This document shows positions 16,918 through 26,222 of a DNA stretch of 40,640 nucleotides, one piece after another (the first letter of the stretch is position 1; each line of letters starts with the position of its first letter). The translations under genes and the position numbers were made by a program. The DNA comes from a virus (taxonomy: Duplodnaviria > Heunggongvirae > Uroviricota > Caudoviricetes): IMG/VR virus record IMGVR_UViG_3300019378_000003. One strand, given 5' to 3'. The notes below the pieces were generated by a model. That model was not told the origin of the DNA. It searched no databases and saw only the letters and a list, made by a program, of their open reading frames with translations.

Positions 16918-17980
16918 AAACGGTTACTTCTCCTTTTTCTGCTTCTTCACAACTGATGCATTTCCACTTATCATCATGCTGACTAGGCTTTCTGCTAGTC
17001 ACATAATATGCTTTGCCGCAATCAGGGCAATATCTAAGCCACTGATGGCTTTCCGCAAAGCAGTCATTACAAAGGTAGAAACTGCCTCCACCTTCCCAAT
17101 GAACGAGATAAGCATCATCCTTCGGTACCTTATCTCCGCAGAAACAGCAATGCTTCTGTCCCTGGCCATCGGGTTCGACAGGAGCATCCCACCAGTCAGA
17201 ATAGGCATACTTATAATGGTCTCGGCCGGAACCATACCAAGAAGCCAAATAAGGATTTTCCATATAAACAAACTTCGGCACTTCTTCATTGGTGCGGACA
17301 TCTTCCAAGATATTCATAACTTTGTAAATAGTTTTGAACATCGGACTTAGATATAGACGCTCCAAATTACTATGCTCCTCTTGATAGCCAATAGAGAAGT
17401 TAACAGACGCAACTCCCCAAGCAGGAGAAAGCACAGTGATATCACTCATAGTGCCCCAGTTTGTAATAAAACCAAACTTGTTTACATATTCTTCGAAATC
17501 AGAATTTTCGCAATCATAGAATACACTATCATCGGTGCCTCTACGGTCAAGCTCAATCAAGAATTTCAAATCACCAGGAAATTCAGGATATACGCCAACG
17601 CATTTGATTGCGCCAAGACAACCATATTCTTCATCAGTAGTGATGATAATATGGGGACGATAGCCGGCCTGAACAATCTGGATAATAGAATAAATACCTG
17701 CTCTATCATCTGCGCCAAGTCCCTGCGGACTCCACATAACATTCAGGTCAGAATCATATAGAATTTCAATAGGAGCTTTGGTATGCACAGTATCAGCATG
17801 CGCTACAAGACCCACAGGAATATCGCCTCGTGCGATAATAAATGCTTTATGCCGAATTACATTCTCTTCCCCATATCTTTTAATAAGGAATGAATCCATC
17901 ATCTTCAGCACAGAAGACTGGGGAAGTTTGAAAATAGATTCGAGAGTTTGTCTCTCTTTTGCGGTTAGTCGTCTCTCCAC
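16853..17980 (-). CDS. M28/M20-like Zn metallopeptidase with C-terminal Zn fingers
   Basis: AHADT, GADDRAG, TTDEEYG, ELDR, EHS metal ligands. Confidence 0.8.
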   Translation of the reverse strand: MERRLTAKERQTLESIFKLPQSSVLKMMDSFLIKRYGEENVIRHKAFIIARGDIPVGLVAHADTVHTKAPIEILYDSDLNVMWSPQGLGADDRAGIYSIIQIVQAGYRPHIIITTDEEYGCLGAIKCVGVYPEFPGDLKFLIELDRRGTDDSVFYDCENSDFEEYVNKFGFITNWGTMSDITVLSPAWGVASVNFSIGYQEEHSNLERLYLSPMFKTIYKVMNILEDVRTNEEVPKFVYMENPYLASWYGSGRDHYKYAYSDWWDAPVEPDGQGQKHCCFCGDKVPKDDAYLVHWEGGGSFYLCNDCFAESHQWLRYCPDCGKAYYVTSRKPSQHDDKWKCISCEEAEKGEVTVYVGTGKKSNSVQSGNPESKPL

Positions 17981-18052
17981 AGTATCTTCCTTTCACTATT
18001 TTATATATATATTATATCATAAATTTTGATAAAAATCAAATAGAGCATCTCT

Positions 18053-18844
18053 TTATCGAGATGCTCTATCCTTCATAAGTTCCCAAAAGTGTAATTGTTT
18101 CGCGCAATAGTCGCATGAGCCGTTTCCAATCATGCATTTCTGTCGGCAGGTAAGCCGACGGTGTACCATATCTTCAGGTACGACTTCAGGTGGCATATTT
18201 ACATCAAGGCCGGTGAATAACAAACTCATAGGGGAAGTAGTATAGTTACCCTTTACGGCATACATTTCATAAATAGCCTGCTGTCGAATGTCATTGCCGT
18301 CAATGATTTCAAAAACGTCAATGGCTTCTTCATATAAATGAGCGTGTTGAGGCAATACCCAGAAGTGCTTAATTCCTGTTTCCTCAATCTCTCGCTGAAG
18401 GGGAGTACGGCAAAGAGTAGGAATAACATGGATCCTTGTACCTGCTCTCTTGACGATAGAGAGTTGCTGGATATCAAACGTCAAAGGCTCAGTTACCATG
18501 ATGTCACTTACCTGATAATATCGGAGTATACTAACAAGGCCCCAGATTGCTGCTGGAGCATGGTACATATAATCATGGATGATACCATTTTTCCTGCAAT
18601 GCTTGGCATATGCAATCATATCAGACAAAGAATGGAAATCATAAATGATATTTTCATTTTCCTCTTGGATAGAGAATAACTTATCCAGAGAAAGCAGATT
18701 ATTTTTTAGTTCGATAATTACCTTTTGGGTAGATTCTTTATGTTTATCGGCATATAAAATACCACGTTCTACCTGTTCGGGCAAAAATCTTATAAATTCT
18801 GCTTGCTCGGAATATTTATTTTGTATATAACATACATATTTCAA
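18053..18844 (-). CDS. hypothetical protein, C-terminal Cys cluster
   Basis: 263 aa ORF with own promoter; CRQKC..GNGSCDYC. Confidence 0.75.
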   Translation of the reverse strand: MKYVCYIQNKYSEQAEFIRFLPEQVERGILYADKHKESTQKVIIELKNNLLSLDKLFSIQEENENIIYDFHSLSDMIAYAKHCRKNGIIHDYMYHAPAAIWGLVSILRYYQVSDIMVTEPLTFDIQQLSIVKRAGTRIHVIPTLCRTPLQREIEETGIKHFWVLPQHAHLYEEAIDVFEIIDGNDIRQQAIYEMYAVKGNYTTSPMSLLFTGLDVNMPPEVVPEDMVHRRLTCRQKCMIGNGSCDYCAKQLHFWELMKDRASR

Positions 18845-18938
18845 GCATTTTCACTCCTTTATATAGAGTATATCAAAAATTTTCCAACTTGTCAAGTTGG
18901 AAAATTTATGATATTATATTTTTAGAAGTTGAAGCAGA

Positions 18939-19382
18939 TTACTCTGCTTCGACCTCTTCTACAACGGCCTTGTAGCCGTTCACCTTGCGGCTCTTGCCCT
19001 CTTCCTTGATGGTGATTTCGGTCTTGATTGCCTGACCGGCTTCAACCAGCTTGTTCAGACGGTAAGCCAGCTTACCAGAAGTTGCGTTCAGCTCGGGAGC
19101 TTCAGCGTTGACAGCCGCCACAATGTCAGCGATAGTAGCTTCGTCTTCCATGGAGCGCAGAGCAACCAGGGCAGCGTCAGCCAGTTCGTCAGCAGCCTTA
19201 GCACTCTTGGCCTTGGCGTAGGTCTTTGCCTTTTCGGAGCGCTTATCCATCAGTTCGATTTCATGATTGATGAAACCGCACAGACGATTGGCCTCTTCAG
19301 TTTCCATGATGCCAGCAGAGATAGCGTCGTTTACCAGAGTCAGTAGGGAGTTGTAGTTGTCACGCTTAGTAATCTTAGTCAT
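18939..19382 (-). CDS. putative winged-helix DNA-binding protein
   Basis: Helical N-terminus; C-terminal ATIADIV...ATSGKLAYRLNKLVEAG..IK pattern; distantly similar to 29989 and 31094. Confidence 0.6.
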   Translation of the reverse strand: MTKITKRDNYNSLLTLVNDAISAGIMETEEANRLCGFINHEIELMDKRSEKAKTYAKAKSAKAADELADAALVALRSMEDEATIADIVAAVNAEAPELNATSGKLAYRLNKLVEAGQAIKTEITIKEEGKSRKVNGYKAVVEEVEAE

Positions 19383-19606
19383 AAATCAAATCAACCTTTC
19401 TTTTTTCTTGTCGGTGTTGTTCTCTCAACCTTACATATATATTATATCAAAATTTTTGGTAATTTTCAAATCAGGTTGCTCAAAGGCAACTCAGCAAACT
19501 TGGTTAGGGCTACTTCAAAATCTTTTGTGTCTGTTACAAGCTCATAGAGATATTCATTGGTTTCACTGTTGTAGTGAGGTATCCAATGTTGATTCGATGA
19601 TGAGCC

Positions 19607-21520
19607 CTAGAAGGGCAGATCTCCGTAACGCATACGGATAACTGCTTCTTCTTCCTGCTCTAGAGCAGTTTTGATATCATTTGCGTAGATACCATACTGC
19701 TCTTCTTCAGTTTCCCTTGCGCCCCCATCATAGAAAGAACTGGAGCGAGCAATCGCTGCGACGCAACGATGCTGGTAGTTCTTAAACAGCTTGCGCTGGA
19801 TTTCTTCCTGTTCGGGGAAGAAGTAGGGACGAGATGGAGTGCCGGGTCGGTCAGTCAGCTGAATCCACTGCTCATAAGTCAGCATAGCGCCATTCAGCAG
19901 ATTGTCGATGTAGGAAGGATGGATGCGACCGCCGAAAGAACTGTAAAGGTTCATGTAGCGGGACACAATCAGTTCATCATCATAAGGATCCAGACCCATC
20001 TTGCGCAAGCAGTCATAGCAGATAGAACCTTCATTGGAAGTACAAATAGCCTGAGTAATATGGCGCAGGTTATTATTGTTGGTATAGTCTCCCCATCTGT
20101 GAACCGCACGACGGACATCTTCACGTTCGGGGTTATCCAGCAGGGGCTTCAGCAGGTATGCTTCCAGAAGGGGATTGCCAGGAATCTGCCAACGAGTTAC
20201 TTCATCTCGGCTGATATACTCCTGACACTCGTCACACCAAGTATAACGCTCATAGAAGCAATGCTCGCACAGCTTTTCGCCAGTTGCGGGGTCGACATAT
20301 TCCTCTTCGCGACCGGTGATATTCTCACCGCACTCATCGCAATAGTATTCGCCACGGCAAGCGCTGCACAGCAGAGAGTCTGCTACGCAATCACGTTCAT
20401 CGCAGTCATAGTCAACTTCTGCGCCGCACCACATACAGTTTGCAGGGCCAGAGAAATTGATATAACGGGGACCGTCATAGTCATAGCTCAGGCAGCAAAT
20501 CTGTTCGTCCTGAATATCATTATACATGAAATTGGTGTCGAACTCAAAGACGTGACACTGCATCTCGGTGGTGCTGTAGTCCGCCCAGCCCAGGTTTTCC
20601 TGTGCCAGACTTTTGACCCAATTTACCGCCTGAGTGGCCAGCACGTCATTATCATAAGGATACTGACGATTACACAGGATGACACCTTCGTGTACCAGAA
20701 TCCATGCGCGCCACTTCTTGGACGGCCATTCATAGTCTTTGCCATTGTAGCGCCAAGACATGTTGTTCTTGGTAGACTTCAGGTAGGCGCAGATAACCAT
20801 GGGACTATTCATCATTTCGACAGTACCGAAACGATAGCAGCCATATTCTTTCCAAGACATACAGCTGGACCAGTTGTTTGCGTTATCAGACGCAGTAGCA
20901 TAATCCAGAGGATGGATAGACAGGCACAGTTCACCAGTCAGACGCTTCTGGTTCAGTACCTGAGAATGTGCGACACGGAAGTTTTCAAAGTCCTCTTCCA
21001 TGTTGAAGATAGCACACACCTTGCCCAGAGCCTTCATCAGCTTCTGGCCGCGAGCGATATTGATGACGATTTCACCATCTTCGCTCGTCCACTTAATGTC
21101 GTCCGGCACGCGAGCATCAGTCAGAGTAGCGTCGTACGTCAGACGATACAGAGAATCTCTTACTCGACGGTCGGCATACCACTTCTTACCTTCGGGGGTA
21201 TTATCGTAATAAGCGAAGGTATTGTCAAGGGGAATCATGCGGTCAACACGACGCCAGTATTCCTCAATGAAAGCAGCATAATCGCTGGTCAGCTTATTCA
21301 TTTCAGAACGCATTTCGGCCCACGGACGGTCATAAGACACGGGAGTGCTGAGAATGAACTCTTCACCCATCAGCTTATACAGATTCTGCTTATTGGACTC
21401 CCAAAAAGCCAGAACCTTATCTGCAGGTGCAATATCACTTCGTTCAGGTTCGCCACCACAGTACAGTCGACGATAAGCGTCAAAAGCATCCTTATGAAGC
21501 AATTCTTTCACAATTATCAC
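19607..21520 (-). CDS. large conserved phage protein with Zn fingers (paralog of 15562..16917)
   Basis: LCLSIHPLDY..S.N..NWSSC...G.YR.G...KWR motif; ends DLPF-TAG (would extend 18 codons if read through). Confidence 0.85.
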   Translation of the reverse strand: MIIVKELLHKDAFDAYRRLYCGGEPERSDIAPADKVLAFWESNKQNLYKLMGEEFILSTPVSYDRPWAEMRSEMNKLTSDYAAFIEEYWRRVDRMIPLDNTFAYYDNTPEGKKWYADRRVRDSLYRLTYDATLTDARVPDDIKWTSEDGEIVINIARGQKLMKALGKVCAIFNMEEDFENFRVAHSQVLNQKRLTGELCLSIHPLDYATASDNANNWSSCMSWKEYGCYRFGTVEMMNSPMVICAYLKSTKNNMSWRYNGKDYEWPSKKWRAWILVHEGVILCNRQYPYDNDVLATQAVNWVKSLAQENLGWADYSTTEMQCHVFEFDTNFMYNDIQDEQICCLSYDYDGPRYINFSGPANCMWCGAEVDYDCDERDCVADSLLCSACRGEYYCDECGENITGREEEYVDPATGEKLCEHCFYERYTWCDECQEYISRDEVTRWQIPGNPLLEAYLLKPLLDNPEREDVRRAVHRWGDYTNNNNLRHITQAICTSNEGSICYDCLRKMGLDPYDDELIVSRYMNLYSSFGGRIHPSYIDNLLNGAMLTYEQWIQLTDRPGTPSRPYFFPEQEEIQRKLFKNYQHRCVAAIARSSSFYDGGARETEEEQYGIYANDIKTALEQEEEAVIRMRYGDLPF

Positions 21521-21636
21521 TTTCCTCTCTCAACCTTACATATATATTATATCAAAATTTTTGAGAAAAATCAACTAAGAGTTCTTAGTGACTATTGCCT
21601 GAGCCTCCTTTCTTTGAAATGTAATACTTCATTTAA

Positions 21637-21816
21637 TCAAAAATCTGCGGGAGGATAGTTGAGTTCTTCGGCGATTTCGACGAGCTCCGACGGTGTCATA
21701 TCGGGGTTTGACAATCTCGTCACGTATTCCAAGACGACGGGATACCCAAGAGTAGCCCACGCAGTGCCTACATAGTCGAGCATATCTCGACGGAACTTAT
21801 CCATATTCTGATCCAT
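21637..21816 (-). CDS. hypothetical protein
   Basis: AAGGAG SD, 59 aa. Confidence 0.65.
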   Translation of the reverse strand: MDQNMDKFRRDMLDYVGTAWATLGYPVVLEYVTRLSNPDMTPSELVEIAEELNYPPADF

Positions 21817-21817
21817 A

Positions 21818-21976
21818 TTATTCTCCTTTTTCGTGCATCCAAGATGCAGGACGATAAAAATCACAGGGAGTCGCTTCTTCTTCTACTTCTTCTCCCCATA
21901 CTCGGCAATAGCACATACCATCTTCAGGATTGTCTGTGCCAACACTACAATGACAATTATAACAGCACTTAATCAT
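21818..21976 (-). CDS. Cys-rich small protein
   Basis: MIKCCYNCHC...CYC...CDFY; overlaps the upstream stop. Confidence 0.6.
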   Translation of the reverse strand: MIKCCYNCHCSVGTDNPEDGMCYCRVWGEEVEEEATPCDFYRPASWMHEKGE

Positions 21977-22136
21977 ATAAATCACTCGCATATTCGTGCA
22001 GGAAACTCTCGATATCTTCACCGAGATTACGGAGCCACTTAGATACGAGAGCACGGGTTTCCGGGGTACTAGATTCCAGTTCAGACATGATGTCCTCAAC
22101 GGCATCAATGGTTTTTGCCATTTCATTTTTAGTCAT
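21969..22136 (-). CDS. small helical protein
   Basis: AAGGAG SD, 55 aa. Confidence 0.65.
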   Translation of the reverse strand: MTKNEMAKTIDAVEDIMSELESSTPETRALVSKWLRNLGEDIESFLHEYASDLYD

Positions 22137-22146
22137 AATCTTCTCC

Positions 22147-22440
22147 TTACCAGGTACAGAGCCACAGTACACAATTCAGTTCGGGCAGGTTTTCATGCAG
22201 ATAGTCCATAACCAGCTTCTTCTGCTGCCAGGTTTCTTCATCTTCAGGATAGCATTCCATATCTTCCTCAAGATCTTCATAGGCATCTTCGTCGAAACGA
22301 ATTTCCTGCCAAGAATCATTGTCGCACATTCTGCCGAACATCTCAATCATGTTCAGAGTGCCGGGTTCCATACCATACTTTTCTTCCACTTCGCGCGCGA
22401 CTGCCCAACCATCCACAGTGGGTTTCATGATAATTTCCAT
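22147..22440 (-). CDS. acidic hypothetical protein
   Basis: Own promoter and SD; D/E-rich core. Confidence 0.75.
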   Translation of the reverse strand: MEIIMKPTVDGWAVAREVEEKYGMEPGTLNMIEMFGRMCDNDSWQEIRFDEDAYEDLEEDMECYPEDEETWQQKKLVMDYLHENLPELNCVLWLCTW

Positions 22441-22537
22441 GACATTCTCCTTTTTCTCTCAACCTTATATATATATTATATCAAAAATTTTATAAAAAAT
22501 CAAGGGAGGGTTCCTAATGACTAGGAACTCTCCCTTG

Positions 22538-22669
22538 TTAATTCAATAGAGTAGTGCTATAACTGGATATAGGTATCCACTTATTATCGCAATATATCTA
22601 CATAGTACCAGTATTTACGTCGAGGTGCATAATTCCATCAGAAAAATGCTCGTCGGCAAGCTCATGCAT
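22538..22669 (-). CDS. possible 43 aa peptide with one in-frame TAG
   Basis: MHELADEHFSDGIMHLDVNTGTM(Q)IYCDNKWIPISSYSTTLLN; no clear SD. Confidence 0.3.
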
Positions 22670-22701
22670 TACACGATAAAGCTATACTGGTTTATACTGT
22701 T

Positions 22702-24183
22702 TTATGCGTTCGGGGTCTGAGGTGCGGCGACGGGCTGATTCATCATGCCCATCATCACGAAAGGGAGCATATCGCTACCCTTTCCATCCTTCATGAGGAA
22801 GTACATCATCATGGGGTTGGACATCAGGTTGGTGCTGCCATTCTGATTCATCATCATCATGAGCATCATGGGATCCATATCCTTATTGCCCATCAGCATG
22901 AAAGGAAGCATGTTGCCGAAAGGTGCGTCGGCAGATGCGGTACCATTTACGCTGTCAAAGAGAGAAACAACCTTGGTTACGAAGTTGAAACCGAAGGGGC
23001 TCTTGACGGGATAGATGGTCTTTTCGGTAGCTTCACGGATATCCACTACAGTCAGAGTCTGGGCGTTGACTGCGGTAACGTACATCGGCACGCGGTTATG
23101 GACAACCACATCGCCGACTTTTACGTCCTTGATAGCGACGGGCATCTTGTATACGAATTCAGAGCCGGGCATACTGAGGACTTCTACGTCCATTACGCTC
23201 TTGTTCTTGTTGTCCCAGGACACATAGCGGCCATCGACACCCTTGATAGCCAGGCCATAGGTAGAAACGCGAACGGAATCAGTTACACGACCGAAATCAA
23301 AGTTAAACATGGAATTGGTGTTCATAATATCCTCCTTATTTTCTTCAGCGCATTTGAGATCGTTTATAGGGGCAAGGTGAACTTCTAGGTCGTGGCCCAG
23401 CTGTTCCACTCTCTTTTTTAGAAGTTCAATAGTTTCATTTAGAGCTTCATGTTCTTCATTGATATGGAAGTCGACAGTATTAGCAGCCATACGTTCTCTT
23501 CCATCGACATAGTTAAGTTTATCTTCCAGGTCAGCTTTTACGCACTCAAGCTGGTCTACTCGCTTTCGAATCTCATAGATATCGTTAGGAGTAGTGCCAT
23601 AGGCGGACTGTTCCAGAGACTCGATACGACCGAGAGCGACATCACTAAGTGCTTTCAACTCTTTGGTACACTTATCGACTTTTTCTCGAATAGGATTGAC
23701 TTCACTTTTGTATGCGGGCTGTTCAATCTGGATTGATGAACCGATATCAGCCCACAGATTGGGAATAGTAGTAGTAGAGGTAGTATTAGTGATTGCTTTA
23801 GAAGCCGCAGAAGTGGCGTCGGCTAAATCACCAATAGCCTGTGTTGCGGCAGTAATACCAGATGTCGCGGCAGCGATAGTAGAAAGACCCATATTTTCTT
23901 GTGTCCCTGCGCCCCACAGATGATTGAATAGCTGTTTGCCGGCTTCTCTCTGGCAGATGTATTCTGTTTCGAGTCTATCACCAAAGTAGAACTTAATAGA
24001 GCCCCACGGCTCTGTATAGTCTCTCTTGTCAGCGATAGTCAGCTGGCTATAGTCGCCGAGAAGCGCCTTAGCGCCCCTGATGGCGAGATCGCGCATTCGT
24101 TTCCAATCATCACGAGGAATTTTAGAACCTTTATAAGACTCAAGAGCCTTATAAAAGTTTTGATTAACGAGCGTTTTTAGCAT
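22702..24183 (-). CDS. coiled-coil plus Met-rich C-terminal protein; internal start at 23325
   Basis: Long open frame; AAGGAGG-N5-ATG in frame at 23325; repeated PMMxMMMM tail. Confidence 0.75.
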   Translation of the reverse strand: MLKTLVNQNFYKALESYKGSKIPRDDWKRMRDLAIRGAKALLGDYSQLTIADKRDYTEPWGSIKFYFGDRLETEYICQREAGKQLFNHLWGAGTQENMGLSTIAAATSGITAATQAIGDLADATSAASKAITNTTSTTTIPNLWADIGSSIQIEQPAYKSEVNPIREKVDKCTKELKALSDVALGRIESLEQSAYGTTPNDIYEIRKRVDQLECVKADLEDKLNYVDGRERMAANTVDFHINEEHEALNETIELLKKRVEQLGHDLEVHLAPINDLKCAEENKEDIMNTNSMFNFDFGRVTDSVRVSTYGLAIKGVDGRYVSWDNKNKSVMDVEVLSMPGSEFVYKMPVAIKDVKVGDVVVHNRVPMYVTAVNAQTLTVVDIREATEKTIYPVKSPFGFNFVTKVVSLFDSVNGTASADAPFGNMLPFMLMGNKDMDPMMLMMMMNQNGSTNLMSNPMMMYFLMKDGKGSDMLPFVMMGMMNQPVAAPQTPNA

Positions 24184-24271
24184 ATTCGGCAAGCTCCTGA
24201 GGAGTCATTTGGTCGATTTCTTCACGGGTCAGTGGGCGAGGACCCTTACCATAAAGAAGTTCATATTCCAC
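24164..24271 (-). CDS. 35 aa leader ORF
   Basis: First ORF after the promoter, with AAGGAG SD and GTG start. Confidence 0.5.
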   Translation of the reverse strand: MEYELLYGKGPRPLTREEIDQMTPQELAEYAKNAR

Positions 24272-24448
24272 AGGGATTTCTCCTTTCTTCATTTTCTATA
24301 AATATTATATCATAAATTTATAGAAAAGTCAATTAGAAGATTCTCTTGGCGAGATTGGATTGGAATTCCTTTCTCAACCTTACATATATATTATATCAAA
24401 ATTTTTTGAAATTTTCAATTTAACTCTTCGCAGCGTTAGCTGCGAAGT

Positions 24449-24480
24449 TGACAACGATAAAAATTTTTGGTATAATATAT
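24449..24480 (+). promoter_or_regulatory. plus-strand promoter of the divergent island
   Basis: TTGACA-17-TATAAT with TG extension, back-to-back with the minus-strand promoter at 24376-24419. Confidence 0.8.
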
Positions 24481-24540
24481 ATAGAAAATGAGCGAAGAGT
24501 TCATTTATCAAATATTTTATTTATAGGAGCGAACTATATT

Positions 24541-24765
24541 ATGATGACTAATAAGATTATTTACACTCGTAAGATTGCTATGAAGTTGGTTGAGATGGGT
24601 CATGTGCCCGCAGGCACTATGCCGAACCCCAGCAAGCCCGAATTCCTTTGCTGGATTTTTGAGATTACTCCGAAGTTTGAAAAAGACCTTCAGACTGTAC
24701 TTGGCGAAGCGACTCCGCGCAGCCGTTCGGTAAGTGTTAAGGTAACGGACGCCAGCATTGAATAA
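24541..24765 (+). CDS. small putative DNA-binding protein (DUF5659-like)
   Basis: GGAG SD; IYTRKIAMKLVEMG.....PNP.KP....W.FE.T pattern. Confidence 0.6.
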   Translation: MMTNKIIYTRKIAMKLVEMGHVPAGTMPNPSKPEFLCWIFEITPKFEKDLQTVLGEATPRSRSVSVKVTDASIE

Positions 24766-24880
24766 CGTCGCACCCCGTTAGGTAAATTATCTACTATACT
24801 TCAGGTAAATGGGTAATAAGTGATAATTTTACTGATAGAGATTTGATATTCCCCTGATAGTCAGGGGGTGAGTAAGAAAG

Positions 24881-25498
24881 TTGGCTATTTAGAAAAGATT
24901 CCCCGCCGATACGGATCTAGAGAAGGAGATTACGTTTTTGAAAGATAAGAGTATTGATGCCGAGTTATATGCTTATCTACAATTCCTTTCTTATCCTATT
25001 GACGGGGCTACTGTCGTGAAAAAGAGAAATATGCCGTCGCAGGCTGAAATATGTTAGAAAATTGGAATTAAAAGTCCAAAGACATATAGGTCTCATTTGG
25101 CTATATTGATTGATAAGGGTTATGTTATTGAACGAGATGATGTTTATATATTGCCGGAAGTGGAAGATATTTATTTATTGCTGCCTTTGCCGACATTATA
25201 GTTTATCTTGGATACAGTAACGGACCCTGTTATCAAGATGTATATTTATTTAGGCTAGAGATGGAAGTATAAGCCTGGGTATATTTTCACTTAGGAAGAA
25301 GTAGCAGAGCATATAGGAATAAAGTTGGATGGTAATGCAGTCGCTCGGCGAATGATAAAGCATGGTTTGATAGCGCTATAGAACCATGGTTTGATTGCAT
25401 TTGAATAGTTCTTTGATGGAAAAAGTCCACGGTATCGGCTACTGGGGTGGTCAGATGCTTATGTGGCTAGGGAGGCCGTACCTGGGGTAGTGGTTTGA
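24881..25498 (+). CDS. 205 aa winged-helix, replication-initiator-like protein with 7 in-frame TAG
   Basis: Absent from the ORF track. GGGGGTG SD, TTG start. TAG at 24890, 25055, 25199, 25256, 25292, 25379 and 25406, no other stops until TGA. PSQAEICQKIGIKSPKTYRSHL and FTQEEVAEHIG look like HTH segments. Confidence 0.85.
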
Positions 25499-25499
25499 A

Positions 25500-25735
25500 A
25501 AAATGATTTCAAAACGGCGGACCCGGGAGGGTCCACCGAAATTTGATTTCAAAATCTCAATGGGTAATTTTATCTACATACTAGGTGATGTTAGGTAAAA
25601 TTTCTACCATACTTTAGGTAAAATTTCTACCAATATCTAAATAAACTAAGGGCTAACGAAATCCCTTCGGGCTTTCTTTATCCCTTACTAAATAAGGGGA
25701 AACGGTTCCCCTTCGGGGAACCGTTTCCCTAGGGT
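25500..25735. repeat. iteron-like repeats and hairpins (candidate replication origin)
   Basis: TAGGTAAAATTTCTACCA twice (cores 25594, 25617), variants at 25563 and 24781; TGATTTCAAAA twice around a GC hairpin; GGGAAACGGTTCCCC-TTCG hairpin. Confidence 0.6.
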
Positions 25736-25751
25736 GAAAGGAATAATAGGT

Positions 25752-26222
25752 ATGATTGAATTGATGTATGGAAGCCAGATTGAAGCAGAATTGTTGGGAA
25801 CTGTCAAAAAGATGCCTTGTTATTTGGTGAGCAGAAAGGATTTTACTGAGTATTATGAGAAAGAGCATTTAAAAGATGCCGAAGGCATCTATTTCTGTCA
25901 TGATACTAGTAATGGATTAAGAGCCCTTATTTATAAAGGTCAGGTAGTTGGCACAGTGAATGCTCGTAGCGGCAATATTACTTGGTATGATAAGCCGAAG
26001 AGTTGGGAAATGGTTTATAAGCCAGTAGAATTGCCGAAGAATAAGGTTGGGGTTATGACGGCAGAAAATTCTGTATTTTGTATCGAAACTAAAATGCCGC
26101 AACCTTATAAAGGGGACGGAGGCATCGCCGATGTCCACTATATTGATAGTATTATGAATAAGTTATTAGCTGAAGGCGAGGCCTTTAGGGCGAGCCTTCA
26201 GAAAGGAGATAGCAATGGCTAA
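25752..26222 (+). CDS. hypothetical protein
   Basis: 156 aa, SD upstream. Confidence 0.7.
   Translation: MIELMYGSQIEAELLGTVKKMPCYLVSRKDFTEYYEKEHLKDAEGIYFCHDTSNGLRALIYKGQVVGTVNARSGNITWYDKPKSWEMVYKPVELPKNKVGVMTAENSVFCIETKMPQPYKGDGGIADVHYIDSIMNKLLAEGEAFRASLQKGDSNG

Noticed and set aside
13847-21658. Long plus-strand ORFs (13847..14383, 14384..14971, 15862..16734, 19769..21658) and many smaller ones opposite real genes
   Set aside because: Antisense shadows of minus-strand genes; no SD or promoter, and unnatural composition
22740-22910. ATG-rich stretch as a tandem DNA repeat
   Set aside because: Explained by poly-Met coding
24164-24192. Programmed frameshift joining the 35-aa ORF to the long ORF
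   Set aside because: Only five As (CTAAAAACG), no canonical slippery heptamer or downstream structure seen
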